This document shows positions 1 through 6,991 of a stretch of 64,000 bases of DNA, in pieces (position 1 is the stretch's first letter; every line of letters begins with the position of its first letter). Location of the stretch: IMG/VR virus record IMGVR_UViG_3300027708_000012, positions 1 to 64,000 of that record, one strand, 5' to 3'. The position numbers and the translations under genes were made by a program. The notes under the pieces were generated by a model. That model made no database searches and was not told where the DNA came from. It saw only the letters and a program-made list of their open reading frames with translations.

Positions 1-7
1 AGCACAA

Positions 8-172
8 ATGAAAACATTTTATTACAAGCAGACTGTAGAGCTTACGCTAGAGGTACAAGCGGAAACAGCTGAAGAGGCAGATGCTATTGCTAACGCAACT
101 GACATAACTGATGCGGGCGTTATAGCAACGGAATACGGCTGGGAAGAAGACGGCTACGCAGATGTTGACTAA
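8..172 (+). CDS. small acidic hypothetical protein (54 aa, MKTFYYKQ...YADVD)
   Basis: Manually translated ATG 8 to TAA 172; below the ORF-track cutoff; upstream context cut by the window edge. Confidence 0.6.
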   Translation: MKTFYYKQTVELTLEVQAETAEEADAIANATDITDAGVIATEYGWEEDGYADVD

Positions 173-184
173 AGTGTAGGGTTA

Positions 185-213
185 TTGACATTTTGGCTAG
201 CTTATTGTATAAT
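185..213 (+). promoter_or_regulatory. sigma70-type early promoter
   Basis: TTGACA(185-190)-N17-TATAAT(208-213), then SD AAGGAG. Confidence 0.9.
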
Positions 214-232
214 ACAATTTTAAGGAGCTAGT

Positions 233-463
233 ATGTGTACATGCATGCAATTGTCAAGTGCCACTCGTAATAAATTTACAGTACTGTACTGCTATCACCC
301 GCACCGACCGCCCGGTAACACGGAAGTTAGCATGCAGGAGTATGCTAGCATGACACTTGTAGCACACACCCCTATGGAAGCTATTGTCAACGCACAAAAA
401 TTGTGTTTTGTCAAGCACCCGGGCCTACAATGTGTAGTGTACAATGCTTTCGTAACGGAATAA
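233..463 (+). CDS. hypothetical early protein
   Basis: Own promoter and SD (TAAGGAGC) directly upstream. Confidence 0.6.
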   Translation: MCTCMQLSSATRNKFTVLYCYHPHRPPGNTEVSMQEYASMTLVAHTPMEAIVNAQKLCFVKHPGLQCVVYNAFVTE

Positions 464-496
464 CCCTACAGCCCGTAAGGGCTTATTACAGCGCAT

Positions 497-525
497 TTGA
501 CAGAGAGCTCAAAATGCGTTATAAT
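497..525 (+). promoter_or_regulatory. sigma70-type early promoter
   Basis: TTGACA(497-502)-N17-TATAAT(520-525). Confidence 0.9.
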
Positions 526-544
526 AAGTTTTTAAGGAGCTAGA

Positions 545-808
545 ATGTTAGAAGTTACACAGTTTGCAAACAACAGTTTTCATGCACAAAATTCGGATGT
601 ACGCAATTGCGAAGCTATTGTATTTGCCGAAAGCGTCCGTTCGGGTCGCACTATGTTGCAAGTTATTAATTATGTGCTAGAAGAAGACGATTCGGACACT
701 AACTTGTTGTGCGCTTGCGAAACACTGCAAGAAACTATTGTTAACGCATATAAAAAGCAAATTATCTCAGAATACTTAGACAATCTGTTGTACGAGAACA
801 ACAAATAA
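545..808 (+). CDS. hypothetical early protein
   Basis: Promoter plus SD TAAGGAGC; 87 aa. Confidence 0.75.
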   Translation: MLEVTQFANNSFHAQNSDVRNCEAIVFAESVRSGRTMLQVINYVLEEDDSDTNLLCACETLQETIVNAYKKQIISEYLDNLLYENNK

Positions 809-827
809 CCCTACAAGGTGTAGGGAC

Positions 828-856
828 TTGACGTCCCTACATTTTGGCGCTATAAT
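828..856 (+). promoter_or_regulatory. sigma70-type early promoter
   Basis: TTGACG(828-833)-N17-TATAAT(851-856). Confidence 0.85.
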
Positions 857-888
857 ACTAACATCAACACACAAAAGGAGCGACACTT

Positions 889-1089
889 ATGTATGATATC
901 GTAAAGAACCCAATCCCAAAGACCGGTCTGTTCGCAACACCAGAGTCATTTGAACAGTTGATGGAATACTGCCAACGGTTCAGTGGACAAGAGCGTATCA
1001 TCGCTATCACAGTGGCCACAATGGCCCTGAACTTGGCACACAATGTAGTTGAGAAAGAAATCCTGTCTAAAGAAATCTTTGCACAATAA
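889..1089 (+). CDS. hypothetical early protein
   Basis: SD AAGGAGCGA at 875-883; 66 aa. Confidence 0.8.
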   Translation: MYDIVKNPIPKTGLFATPESFEQLMEYCQRFSGQERIIAITVATMALNLAHNVVEKEILSKEIFAQ

Positions 1090-1098
1090 GGAGCACTT

Positions 1099-1356
1099 AT
1101 GCAAGTTAAAGAATTGATTGAGATGTTGCAGGGCCTGGACCCTGAGGCTCAAGTGCATTATGCCTACAACTATGGCGACCACTGGCGCACAGAGGTTGCC
1201 CCAAAGGTTGATAGGGTTGATGTGGGTGCAGTGGTCTACAGTGAGTACCATCGCATGGACAAGATGGTTGAGAACGAATACGACACAGAATTCGACGAGG
1301 AAACGGGTGAAGAGATTGTTGATGAAACCCTGCGTCGAGTAGTGGTATTGAGTTGA
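1099..1356 (+). CDS. hypothetical early protein
   Basis: SD AAGGAGC; acidic C-terminus; 85 aa. Confidence 0.8.
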   Translation: MQVKELIEMLQGLDPEAQVHYAYNYGDHWRTEVAPKVDRVDVGAVVYSEYHRMDKMVENEYDTEFDEETGEEIVDETLRRVVVLS

Positions 1357-1381
1357 CAGGTGCGCCGAAAGGCGCTATAAT
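1353..1381 (+). promoter_or_regulatory. sigma70-type early promoter with GC hairpin in spacer
   Basis: TTGACA(1353-1358, contains the upstream TGA stop)-N17-TATAAT(1376-1381); GCGCC-GAAA-GGCGC in the spacer. Confidence 0.9.
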
Positions 1382-1411
1382 TAAGACTTAAACAACACAT
1401 AGGAGCGAAAC

Positions 1412-1753
1412 ATGGGTTATTTTACAGATTGCGATTTCGACAGCACACACGAGATGCTGGACTGTATCAATGAAGTGATCGAGCGCAACATCCGCAACAA
1501 CTTCGTACAGCATCCCGCCTCGGACTTGGGACTGGACATCCGCTGTGGACGATTGCTAGTGGATGCGGCAGATGAGATCATTGCTGTGCCCAATCACAAC
1601 TTGCGTGGGCTTGACTACTACGGCGGGTTCGAGTACATTGAAGAAGGCGACGGGCGCCAAACAGTGGGCGACTACACTTTCTTTACCTGTGTGAACGAGC
1701 GGGTGCAAGACTGCTTTGATGCGTTGCGCTCTAGTGTAGCGGTTGACGAGTAA
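1412..1753 (+). CDS. hypothetical early protein
   Basis: SD AGGAGCGA; 113 aa. Confidence 0.8.
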   Translation: MGYFTDCDFDSTHEMLDCINEVIERNIRNNFVQHPASDLGLDIRCGRLLVDAADEIIAVPNHNLRGLDYYGGFEYIEEGDGRQTVGDYTFFTCVNERVQDCFDALRSSVAVDE

Positions 1754-1771
1754 GCGTTTTGGCTGTATAAT
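1743..1771 (+). promoter_or_regulatory. sigma70-type early promoter
   Basis: TTGACG(1743-1748)-N17-TATAAT(1766-1771); downstream TAAGACTTAAAC identical to the 1353 promoter. Confidence 0.85.
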
Positions 1772-1800
1772 TAAGACTTAAACACACACAGGAGCACACA

Positions 1801-2292
1801 ATGGGTACACGTTCAATGATTGCTATTCAAAACCCTTACAACAAAACAGTTCGCGCAGTCTACTGCCACTGGGACGGTTACTTGGAGCACAACGGCGCTA
1901 TCTTGCAGAAGCATTACGCAGAAAGCTCTAAAGTCAATCATTTGGTTGCTATGGGCGACTTGAGTAGCTTGGGCACACAGATTGGCGAAGCACATCCCTT
2001 CAGCCCGCACGGTAGCAAAGAAGACGAGGCTTTGTACGAACACGCTAAGGATCAGGGCTATTGCACTTTTTACAAGCGCGACAGAAGCGAGTCAGACGTT
2101 GACTTTAAAGTGTTCAACACTCTGAAGCAAGCTGAAGATCACTACACTTGGAGCGACTATTACTATGTCTTCAAGTACTCAAAAGCAGACGACTATCAGT
2201 CAGGCGAGTGGTTCTACAAAAAGGCGGGCGAGCGTTGGAAGAAGCTGGCTCCCGCTATTAAGAAACTTAACGCAGAGGAGTGCGCAGGATGA
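1801..2292 (+). CDS. conserved phage hypothetical protein (YCHWDGY motif family)
   Basis: MGTRS...VYCHWDGY N-terminus, a pattern I recognise from phage hypotheticals; SD AGGAGC. Confidence 0.85.
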   Translation: MGTRSMIAIQNPYNKTVRAVYCHWDGYLEHNGAILQKHYAESSKVNHLVAMGDLSSLGTQIGEAHPFSPHGSKEDEALYEHAKDQGYCTFYKRDRSESDVDFKVFNTLKQAEDHYTWSDYYYVFKYSKADDYQSGEWFYKKAGERWKKLAPAIKKLNAEECAG

Positions 2293-2579
2293 CCGGATTT
2301 CAAAGCAAACGGGCTATGGCCCTTGCCCGCCTTGAGGCTCTAAGGGAAAGCCCTAGCCTCAGCGTCAGGGACGAAATAGAGATCAGTCGCTTGGAAGAGG
2401 CTGTGGATCAACTGCCCGATCTGGTAGATCTAGTCATGGAGCAGATCCGCATAGACATTGAGAATGGTGATCTTACAGCAATAGAAGAACTGTTGGGTCA
2501 TGTGCCCGAAGACATCCTCAAAGGCTTTCTCTCAGAAGACACAGTAATGGATATCAACAACACCGGAGGTAAATGGTAA
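2289..2579 (+). CDS. hypothetical protein
   Basis: ATG at 2289 overlaps the upstream stop (ATGA) with SD GAGGAG; the track start at 2280 looks less likely. Confidence 0.75.
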   Translation: MTGFQSKRAMALARLEALRESPSLSVRDEIEISRLEEAVDQLPDLVDLVMEQIRIDIENGDLTAIEELLGHVPEDILKGFLSEDTVMDINNTGGKW

Positions 2580-2725
2580 TGAGTAAAGAACTTCAATCAA
2601 TTGTTAATGGATATAACGATCTTATTATCCGATGCGCAGAGTTGACTGACAAGACTCTCTTGGCAGAGGTATTAGCCTCTGTGGATGAAACTCAAGTTCA
2701 AATTTCAAAAGGACTACTACGATGA
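2579..2725 (+). CDS. small hypothetical protein (48 aa, MSKELQSIVNG...)
   Basis: Manual translation; TAATG and ATGA overlaps couple it to both neighbours. Confidence 0.65.
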   Translation: MSKELQSIVNGYNDLIIRCAELTDKTLLAEVLASVDETQVQISKGLLR

Positions 2726-2898
2726 GCAAGATGGCAGAACTTGATTGGGAAATTGAATACCGTGCCTGTGATGAGGGTATGAGTGCAGAGGACATTGCCA
2801 AAGACTTGAACTGTCCCATTGAGATTGTCAATGCTTGGTTCAAAGGTGCAGGTATTTGGGACGAGGAGCTCAGCCCTTACGCTACCAGCAACAGCTGA
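2722..2898 (+). CDS. small putative helix-turn-helix protein (58 aa)
   Basis: Manual translation MSKMAELDWEIEYRACDEGMSAEDIAKDLNCPIEIVNAW...; GMSAEDIAKDLNC matches an HTH pattern. Confidence 0.6.
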   Translation: MSKMAELDWEIEYRACDEGMSAEDIAKDLNCPIEIVNAWFKGAGIWDEELSPYATSNS

Positions 2899-2916
2899 TG
2901 TTGTAAAAATACAACA
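2899..2916. promoter_or_regulatory. operator-like palindrome TGTTG-N8-CAACA
   Basis: TGTTGTAAAAATACAACA, 9 nt upstream of the -35 at 2926. Confidence 0.6.
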
Positions 2917-2925
2917 CCTTTTGAG

Positions 2926-2954
2926 TTGACAATTTGGGCTCTCTGCGCTATAAT
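2926..2954 (+). promoter_or_regulatory. sigma70-type early promoter
   Basis: TTGACA(2926-2931)-N17-TATAAT(2949-2954). Confidence 0.9.
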
Positions 2955-2977
2955 AATGACATAGTAAGGAGAGCGCA

Positions 2978-3121
2978 ATGAAGATTGTAATAAAAATCAA
3001 ACCCAAGCATAGAGAGCATTATGTTCTCTTTGCCCAAAATACGCCCTTCAAGCAGAAGGTTGTAGAGAGCAAGATTAAATACAAACGTCAACCCAAACAC
3101 AAAGGAAAGCACAATGATTGA
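2978..3121 (+). CDS. small basic protein, ArfA (alternative ribosome-rescue factor)-like
   Basis: Manual translation MKIVIKIKPKHREHYVLFAQNTPFKQKVVESKIKYKRQPKHKGKHND; resembles the ArfA core (P-F-x-Q-x-V...Y-x-R-x-x-K-H); SD AAGGAG. Confidence 0.55.
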   Translation: MKIVIKIKPKHREHYVLFAQNTPFKQKVVESKIKYKRQPKHKGKHND

Positions 3122-3332
3122 GATCCTGGGATTCAACCCAAAGCAAATGGCCTTAGCAGACATCATGTGGGGCATCAATAGCAAGGAAGGTGTGGATGCC
3201 TTTATTCGAACCCTGCCCGCTGTAGAGCAACGCGAGTGCAAGACCATCATCCAAATGATGCTGTTGGCGTTCGCTGACGAGTGCAACGATACCCATGAAG
3301 CTGACATGGTTATTGACAAGTTCAGACTTTGA
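3114..3332 (+). CDS. hypothetical protein
   Basis: SD AAGGA; coupled to the upstream ORF. Confidence 0.75.
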   Translation: MIEILGFNPKQMALADIMWGINSKEGVDAFIRTLPAVEQRECKTIIQMMLLAFADECNDTHEADMVIDKFRL

Positions 3333-3341
3333 CAGTATAAT
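3313..3341 (+). promoter_or_regulatory. sigma70-type early promoter
   Basis: TTGACA(3313-3318)-N17-TATAAT(3336-3341), embedded in the 3' end of the upstream CDS. Confidence 0.85.
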
Positions 3342-3371
3342 ACATACATACAGACACACAAAGGAGTAAAG

Positions 3372-3638
3372 ATGAACATTAGCACACTAGAAGCCTATGT
3401 GGCACAGAAGAACCAGTGGACCCGCATTTTCAAAGGCAAGGAACTGAGCTTGTTGAACGCTAAGGATCGCCAGCGTATCGCTGACATGATTGATGCAGAC
3501 ATGAGCCCTGAGAACCTTACCTGCGATGGCGAATTGCCACGCGATGTAGTGCGTGACAAGGTGCGCCGTTTGAGCCGTTGTGCTGAGGAACTCCTCAGCA
3601 TTGATCCTTCAGTAACCTTTTACGAAATGGGAGTTTAA
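3372..3638 (+). CDS. hypothetical early protein
   Basis: SD AAGGAG; 88 aa. Confidence 0.8.
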   Translation: MNISTLEAYVAQKNQWTRIFKGKELSLLNAKDRQRIADMIDADMSPENLTCDGELPRDVVRDKVRRLSRCAEELLSIDPSVTFYEMGV

Positions 3639-3639
3639 C

Positions 3640-4287
3640 ATGCCTAATTGGTGCAACAACTATCTTGTCTTAGAACACGAAGACCCAGCAATGATCGAGC
3701 GGGCCAAGAAGGCCTTTGCTGATGGCAAACTGTTGAATGAGTTTTGCCCAGTGCCCGATGACTTGCACATTGTGGCAGGTCGTGTGGGTGATGACGAAGA
3801 TCAAAAGCAAAAGGATCTTGTAGCACAGGAAGAAGTCAATGTGGCCAAGCATGGCTACGCCAATTGGTATGACTACTGTGTGAATGAATGGGGCACCAAG
3901 TGGGATGTGGGCGGTGAGGGTGATCAAGCCAGCCAGGACAGTCCTACAGACTTACGCATGAACTTTGATAGTGCATGGGCTCCGCCTATTGCGGCTATGG
4001 AGAAGTTCCAGGACTTGGGCTTTAAGGTCAAGCTCATCTATTGGGAATCGGGTATGTGCTATTGTGGTCTGTTCGACGAGAATGGCGACGACTACATGGA
4101 CTATACAGATATGACAGCGGCACAAGTGGCTGAGTATATCAACCCTGAAGTTGACGAGTGCATGTGCATCGTTGAGAACTTGGAAGAGTGGGAAGAACAG
4201 AACTCGGAAGACGAGGAAAACATCGACATCGATCTTGATGGCGGTTTGAGTGCGGTAAACGAACAGGAACAACATGAAAACAAATAA
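3640..4287 (+). CDS. DUF1281/YubB ferredoxin-like domain family protein
   Basis: MPNWCNN start, WYDYC...WGTKWD and F-D-S-A-W-x-P-P motifs typical of this family. Confidence 0.7.
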   Translation: MPNWCNNYLVLEHEDPAMIERAKKAFADGKLLNEFCPVPDDLHIVAGRVGDDEDQKQKDLVAQEEVNVAKHGYANWYDYCVNEWGTKWDVGGEGDQASQDSPTDLRMNFDSAWAPPIAAMEKFQDLGFKVKLIYWESGMCYCGLFDENGDDYMDYTDMTAAQVAEYINPEVDECMCIVENLEEWEEQNSEDEENIDIDLDGGLSAVNEQEQHENK

Positions 4288-4405
4288 AGAAAAGAACCTA
4301 GAGCATGATGCTCGCGAGCAATCGCGTGTTCGTCCTGCACCAAAAGACTATGATTTCAAAGCTCTTGAGGCTGTCATCCGATCCTGGATAACAGAAAGCA
4401 AATGA
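4274..4405 (+). CDS. small hypothetical protein (43 aa)
   Basis: Manual translation MKTNKEKNLEHDAREQ...; SD CAGGA; ATGA overlap with the next gene. Confidence 0.55.
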   Translation: MKTNKEKNLEHDAREQSRVRPAPKDYDFKALEAVIRSWITESK

Positions 4406-4653
4406 GCCGATTAGCATTGTTTGGCAGGCCTTATGTAGTCTTTAATGCGAACAACAAGGAACACAGACGTTGGTTTGCAGACTTCAATAGAAAGCTGACA
4501 TGGGCAGACTGTCCAGTCCGTTTTGTAGTGGATGATGATCACGGCGATTTGGTTACAATGATCCAGCGTAACCTGATTCAATACTATGTGGACAAAGAGT
4601 TTGGCAAGTTAGAAAATCCAAAGATTCGTCCAAAACCAAAGAAAAATGGTTGA
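4402..4653 (+). CDS. hypothetical protein
   Basis: 83 aa; coupled start. Confidence 0.75.
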   Translation: MSRLALFGRPYVVFNANNKEHRRWFADFNRKLTWADCPVRFVVDDDHGDLVTMIQRNLIQYYVDKEFGKLENPKIRPKPKKNG

Positions 4654-4678
4654 CAACTAACCAAAATAGTTGTATAAT
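4650..4678 (+). promoter_or_regulatory. sigma70-type early promoter
   Basis: TTGACA(4650-4655, contains TGA stop)-N17-TATAAT(4673-4678); ACAACTA/TAGTTGT inverted repeat across the spacer. Confidence 0.9.
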
Positions 4679-4734
4679 TAGAACATGAACAAGGCGTTCA
4701 TACTTTTAAAACACACACAGAAGGAAACTTTAAA

Positions 4735-5085
4735 ATGGCTACAGATAAAACTTTTTCGGTTGCAGGTATTTCTAAATTGAACGGTTCTTACAAGATTCGT
4801 TTTGCCAATGACATCATGCGTATCAAGGTGCTCGCTAAGAGTGGCCATGAAGACATCCGCTTGGCTGATCTCGAGGGTGAGTTCTCCAAGATGGAAGCGG
4901 CTAAGATGCTCTTGACGCTTGAAGACTTTGCTGATGCTACAGCCCAGGCAACCATCACAGAGTACATTGAAGACAACACTCCTAAGACAGCCGCTCCTAA
5001 GGCTAAGACAGCTCCTGTGAAGGCAGTTGCTCCTAAGGCTCCTAAGGCTGTTAAGGTTGTTGAGAACGAGGATGCTCCTTTCTAA
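4735..5085 (+). CDS. hypothetical protein with Lys/Ala/Pro-rich C-terminal tail
   Basis: Globular N-terminus (F.VAGISK...RFAND..RIKVLAK.GH) plus PKTAAPKAKTAPVKAVAPKAPKA tail. Confidence 0.85.
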   Translation: MATDKTFSVAGISKLNGSYKIRFANDIMRIKVLAKSGHEDIRLADLEGEFSKMEAAKMLLTLEDFADATAQATITEYIEDNTPKTAAPKAKTAPVKAVAPKAPKAVKVVENEDAPF

Positions 5086-5099
5086 ACAATGGTATCAAA

Positions 5100-5282
5100 A
5101 TGAGCTTTATCCAGTTTGAAGTCTGGGGCCTATACGAGGGGCATGAAGAGCTCCTCGAGTGCGTCCCAACCCTTAAAGAAGCAGAGAAGGTTGCACAAGA
5201 CCTTCTTGAGTTTAACGAAGAGATTTGGATCCTAGAGGATACAGACGATGATCTGAGAGAAGTGCGAAGGTATACGAATTAG
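5100..5282 (+). CDS. small acidic hypothetical protein
   Basis: 60 aa; the last base of its stop codon is the first base of the tRNA. Confidence 0.65.
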   Translation: MSFIQFEVWGLYEGHEELLECVPTLKEAEKVAQDLLEFNEEIWILEDTDDDLREVRRYTN

Positions 5283-5358
5283 GGCCTATAGCTCAGTTGG
5301 TTAGAGCAGAGGACTCATAATCCTTTGGTCCCTGGTTCGAGTCCAGGTGGGCCCACCA
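5282..5358 (+). tRNA. tRNA-Ile2 (anticodon CAT, lysidine-type, reads AUA)
   Basis: Cloverleaf: acceptor GGGCCTA/TGGGCCC, D-arm GCTCAGTTGGTTAGAGC, anticodon arm GAGGA-CTCATAA-TCCTT, T-arm CCTGG-TTCGAGT-CCAGG, A73 plus encoded CCA; paired G1-C72 argues against fMet; overall similar to bacterial tRNA-Ile2. Confidence 0.9.
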
Positions 5359-5363
5359 CATAT

Positions 5364-5393
5364 GAAAGGTGTTGTAGAAATACAACACCTTTC
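5364..5393. promoter_or_regulatory. 13-bp perfect hairpin containing a second TGTTG-N8-CAACA palindrome
   Basis: GAAAGGTGTTGTA-GAAA-TACAACACCTTTC; core at 5370-5387 lies 9 nt upstream of the -35 at 5397. Confidence 0.65.
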
Positions 5394-5396
5394 GTC

Positions 5397-5425
5397 TTGA
5401 CTGACTCTAGGATCTCAGCTATAAT
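5397..5425 (+). promoter_or_regulatory. sigma70-type early promoter
   Basis: TTGACT(5397-5402)-N17-TATAAT(5420-5425). Confidence 0.8.
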
Positions 5426-5497
5426 CAAACTTCGAAGGCAACGGGATGGACGGCAAGGCTGGGCAACCCAATAAAGACCTTTCAGAAAGAAAGGTTG

Positions 5498-5526
5498 TTG
5501 ACAGTTTGGCAAATCCTTGCTATAAT
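5498..5526 (+). promoter_or_regulatory. sigma70-type early promoter (extended -10)
   Basis: TTGACA(5498-5503)-N17-TATAAT(5521-5526) with TG-n. Confidence 0.9.
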
Positions 5527-5556
5527 AGAGACATACAGACACACAAGGAGCATAAG

Positions 5557-5931
5557 ATGGAAGATTTCAAAAGCTGGGAAGAGATGTCCGTGCTAGAGCA
5601 ATATGCCTGCCAATACTGGGATATGTACAAGGATGCCTACGGCGTTCGCCCACGTGGTATTGATACCACCAACTGGACTGAAGCAGACTTTGAAGCTGAG
5701 TTCGTTCAGTTGGCTCGTGTTATCGATCAAGAGAACACTCTGCGTGAAGAGCGTGAAGCAATCGCCGCACACGAGTTCGAAATGCGTATGCAGGACTTGA
5801 TGCGTTCGGGTGCTAAGACTCGTGAGATGGCCATGCGCTGGGTTCACGAGGCAGAAGGTAGTGATGGCGACGACGAGTACCTTTGCTTCTTGTTGGGCTT
5901 GCCCTATCGTTATTTTAAGGAGATGGTATAA
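5557..5931 (+). CDS. hypothetical early protein
   Basis: Start reassigned to ATG 5557 (SD AAGGAGC, downstream of promoter 5498); the track ORF begins at 5446. Confidence 0.8.
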   Translation: MEDFKSWEEMSVLEQYACQYWDMYKDAYGVRPRGIDTTNWTEADFEAEFVQLARVIDQENTLREEREAIAAHEFEMRMQDLMRSGAKTREMAMRWVHEAEGSDGDDEYLCFLLGLPYRYFKEMV

Positions 5932-6182
5932 TGTTATTAGAAGATCAATTTTGCCGTATAGAGTACAAGGGTCAAGTCTACGATAGCCGCCATGGTGGAC
6001 CCTTTGATCGTGGCTCAGCAGACAGCTGGTATAGCCGTCCTTTCAACCCTCACTACTACGAGGGTGGCTCCTACGATTCAGAGCCCATTCAAGCCCAGGA
6101 CATGACTCCTGCAGAGATCGTGGCCTATGCCGCTGGATACGAGTACAATGAACAACATGGTGGCAAGAAAGATTGGGATTAA
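5931..6182 (+). CDS. conserved phage hypothetical protein (HGGPFDRGSADSWY motif)
   Basis: SD AAGGAG; TAATG coupling. Confidence 0.8.
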   Translation: MLLEDQFCRIEYKGQVYDSRHGGPFDRGSADSWYSRPFNPHYYEGGSYDSEPIQAQDMTPAEIVAYAAGYEYNEQHGGKKDWD

Positions 6183-6185
6183 CGG

Positions 6186-6214
6186 TTGACGCCCAGCCTA
6201 AAAGGCGTTATAAT
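6186..6214 (+). promoter_or_regulatory. sigma70-type early promoter
   Basis: TTGACG(6186-6191)-N17-TATAAT(6209-6214). Confidence 0.85.
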
Positions 6215-6245
6215 ACTTACATCAACAACGAACTTGGAGCGAAAC

Positions 6246-6947
6246 ATGTTCAAACTGCTTTCTACAGCGAATCCCAAAATCCAAAAGGGCACGAAGCTTG
6301 GCTATCTATCATTCATCCTACACCTTGCACCATCCACCCTTAGCGGGCGCAACACCTGCCCAAAGGCCACACCTGGTTGCATCGCATCATGTCTTAACAC
6401 CGCAGGCCGTGGCGGTATGTTCAAGCGCGGTGAGAACACCAACACTATTCAGCGAGCCCGCATCCGCAAGACGAATTATTTCTACGAACAGCGTCAGGAC
6501 TTCATGCTTGATTTGAAGAAGGACATTGAGAAGGGCATTAAGATGGCTACCAAGCTGGGCCTGACTCCTGTGTTTCGTCTTAACGGCACGAGCGATTTGA
6601 GCTGGGAGAAATACGATATGCTCCCTGGCTTGAATGTATTCGAGTGCTTCCCTACAGTACAGTTCTATGACTATACAAAGATCCTGGGTCGTAAGGTCAA
6701 AGGCATTGCCAACTACCACTTGACCTTCTCTAAGGCAGAGAACAACGACAGCGATGTGGCAGAAGCACTCTTGCAAGGCATGTCAGTGGTTGCTGTCTAC
6801 GACAAGATCCCAGAGGGTGTTCCATCCGCTGACGAGACAGACTTGCGCTTCTTAGACCCTAAGGGCACAATGCTTGGATTGAAGGCTAAGGGTCGTGCAA
6901 AAAAAGACTATTCAGGCTTCGTAATTCGGTTGACTGAAGTGGCTTAA
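6246..6947 (+). CDS. Cys-cluster protein, GP88-like phage family
   Basis: Start reassigned to ATG 6246 (SD GGAGCGA); LHLAP...CPKATPGCIASCLNTAGRG, FRLNGTSD, FYDYTK, DETDLRFLD motifs. Confidence 0.7.
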   Translation: MFKLLSTANPKIQKGTKLGYLSFILHLAPSTLSGRNTCPKATPGCIASCLNTAGRGGMFKRGENTNTIQRARIRKTNYFYEQRQDFMLDLKKDIEKGIKMATKLGLTPVFRLNGTSDLSWEKYDMLPGLNVFECFPTVQFYDYTKILGRKVKGIANYHLTFSKAENNDSDVAEALLQGMSVVAVYDKIPEGVPSADETDLRFLDPKGTMLGLKAKGRAKKDYSGFVIRLTEVA

Positions 6948-6958
6948 GACGTTATAAT
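6930..6958 (+). promoter_or_regulatory. sigma70-type early promoter
   Basis: TTGACT(6930-6935)-N17-TATAAT(6953-6958), inside the upstream CDS end. Confidence 0.85.
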
Positions 6959-6991
6959 TACAACATCAACAGCAAATAAGGAGCGAAACTT

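Noticed and set aside
2150-2156. GGAGCGA inside the 1801-2292 CDS (another at 17546-17552)
   Set aside because: The first is codon-derived (TGG AGC GAC) with no start codon at SD distance. The second lies on the non-coding strand of a - strand gene. Neither was counted as an RBS target, but they show the 7-mer can occur by chance.
5282-5358. tRNA-Met or tRNA-fMet reading of the CAT anticodon
   Set aside because: G1-C72 is paired and the anticodon stem lacks the three G-C pairs of fMet. The overall sequence follows the Ile2 pattern. Elongator Met cannot be fully excluded without isotype models.
5315-5542. - strand 75-aa ORF
   Set aside because: Antisense to the tRNA and two promoters; its GPPGLEPGT peptide is the usual tRNA shadow translation.
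6186-6245. Track N-terminal extensions (6186, also 41597, 58704, 60325, 2280)
   Set aside because: These starts lie within promoter elements or lack an SD; downstream ATGs have proper SD or late boxes.
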